From Octopus sinensis (lineage: Eukaryota), in the NCBI RefSeq assembly GCF_006345805.1, contig NC_042999.1:144894001-144958000 (forward strand): a DNA stretch of 64,000 bases, given 5' to 3'. Of this stretch, positions 63,057-64,000 are shown piece after piece. A program made the translations under genes and the position numbers. The notes beneath the pieces were generated by a model that made no database searches, was not told the origin of the DNA, and worked only from the letters and a program-made list of their open reading frames with translations. Every line of letters starts with the position of its first letter. Position 1 is the first letter of the stretch.

Positions 63057-63106
<50 letters not shown>

Positions 63107-63144
63107 CACCACCACCACCCCACCACCACCACCACACCACCACC

Positions 63145-63193
<49 letters not shown>
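63056..63193. repeat. Compound (CTA)n(CCA)n(CTA)n microsatellite
   Basis: Directly visible. Confidence 0.95.
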
Positions 63194-64000
63194 GAGTTTG
63201 TGACACCGAGAAACCAACTAAACTTCAGGTTTTTTTACAAGTTTACCTTCTAGAAGGAAGTTTGCCTGAGAATAAGGGTCCTTCATTCCCTAATTAACTC
63301 ATTGCTTGAACTCCAACAGGTGCTACTACTCCAGGTCAGAGAAGAACTGGGAACAGTAGTGATTCCATATTCCTCAACACCCTAGCACCATCTTACCAGA
63401 GCTGCACTAGTGGATGCAGCTTAAAGTCATATCCAGGACTACATACATACACATACATACATACATACATACATACATACATACATACATACATACATAC
63501 ACGCATACATACACACATACATGCATGTGCATATATATATATACACACACATACATATATATGCACATACGTATATACATGCATGCATATATATGCTTAC
63601 ATATATGATGTGAACAAAATAAGTTAAATAAGATTAATAAGATAATGAAAAAAGGTGAAAAACAATACAATATTGTGTGGGATGTGACTGGATAATGCAA
63701 ATGGTACTGGATAATGCTAAATGGTTAGCAGTCAACTGTGAGATTTTCTGTGATTGGGAGGGGTTTACTTAGAGATTAATGAAATGGGTAAATGGATGAT
63801 GGAGTAATTCAATAATGAAATAAATAGATTAAGTAAATAGATAGGTGTCAGAGTAAATAGTAAGTAATATACTTAAATAATTGGTTAGAGATTAAGCAAG
63901 ATAATGTATAGAGAACACGAACACGCAATAAAGTAGGGACATAAGATAAGGTAACATGTTTTAAAGAAGAGATAATTAGTGAGTAGTCATTAGTGGATAT

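Noticed and set aside
62357-63700. Long ORFs (298 aa, 184 aa and others)
   Set aside because: Translations of microsatellites.

Overview
AT-rich, repeat-dense eukaryotic genomic DNA. The tRNA-headed SINEs and the RTE LINE look like Octopus families (inferred from remembered consensus sequences). Two clear host genes are present. The first is PEX6, a single uninterrupted 1112-aa ORF on the minus strand. The second is RPLP0 on the plus strand, with one non-coding and 8 coding exons (321 aa) behind a TATA + TCT-type promoter. The main hidden signal is a snoRNA cluster in the RPLP0 introns that the ORF track cannot show: three U17/SNORA73 (snR30) copies with compensatory base changes, one U22/SNORD22, an H/ACA guide with a predicted 28S target, and two SNORD59 copies whose guide has C rather than U opposite the methylated base. 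The second SNORD59 copy arose with a transposon-associated partial duplication of exon 6. The rest of the window is mobile DNA: a 5'-truncated RTE LINE and many fragments, an intact Merlin/IS1595-like transposase ORF with catalytic substitutions, and Tc1, mariner, pogo, Penelope, CR1-in-R4/Dong and Gypsy remnants. MITEs/foldback palindromes, SINEs, a 3 x 900-bp tandem duplication and microsatellites fill the remainder. All family assignments come from reading the sequence and from remembered consensus motifs; no searches were run.
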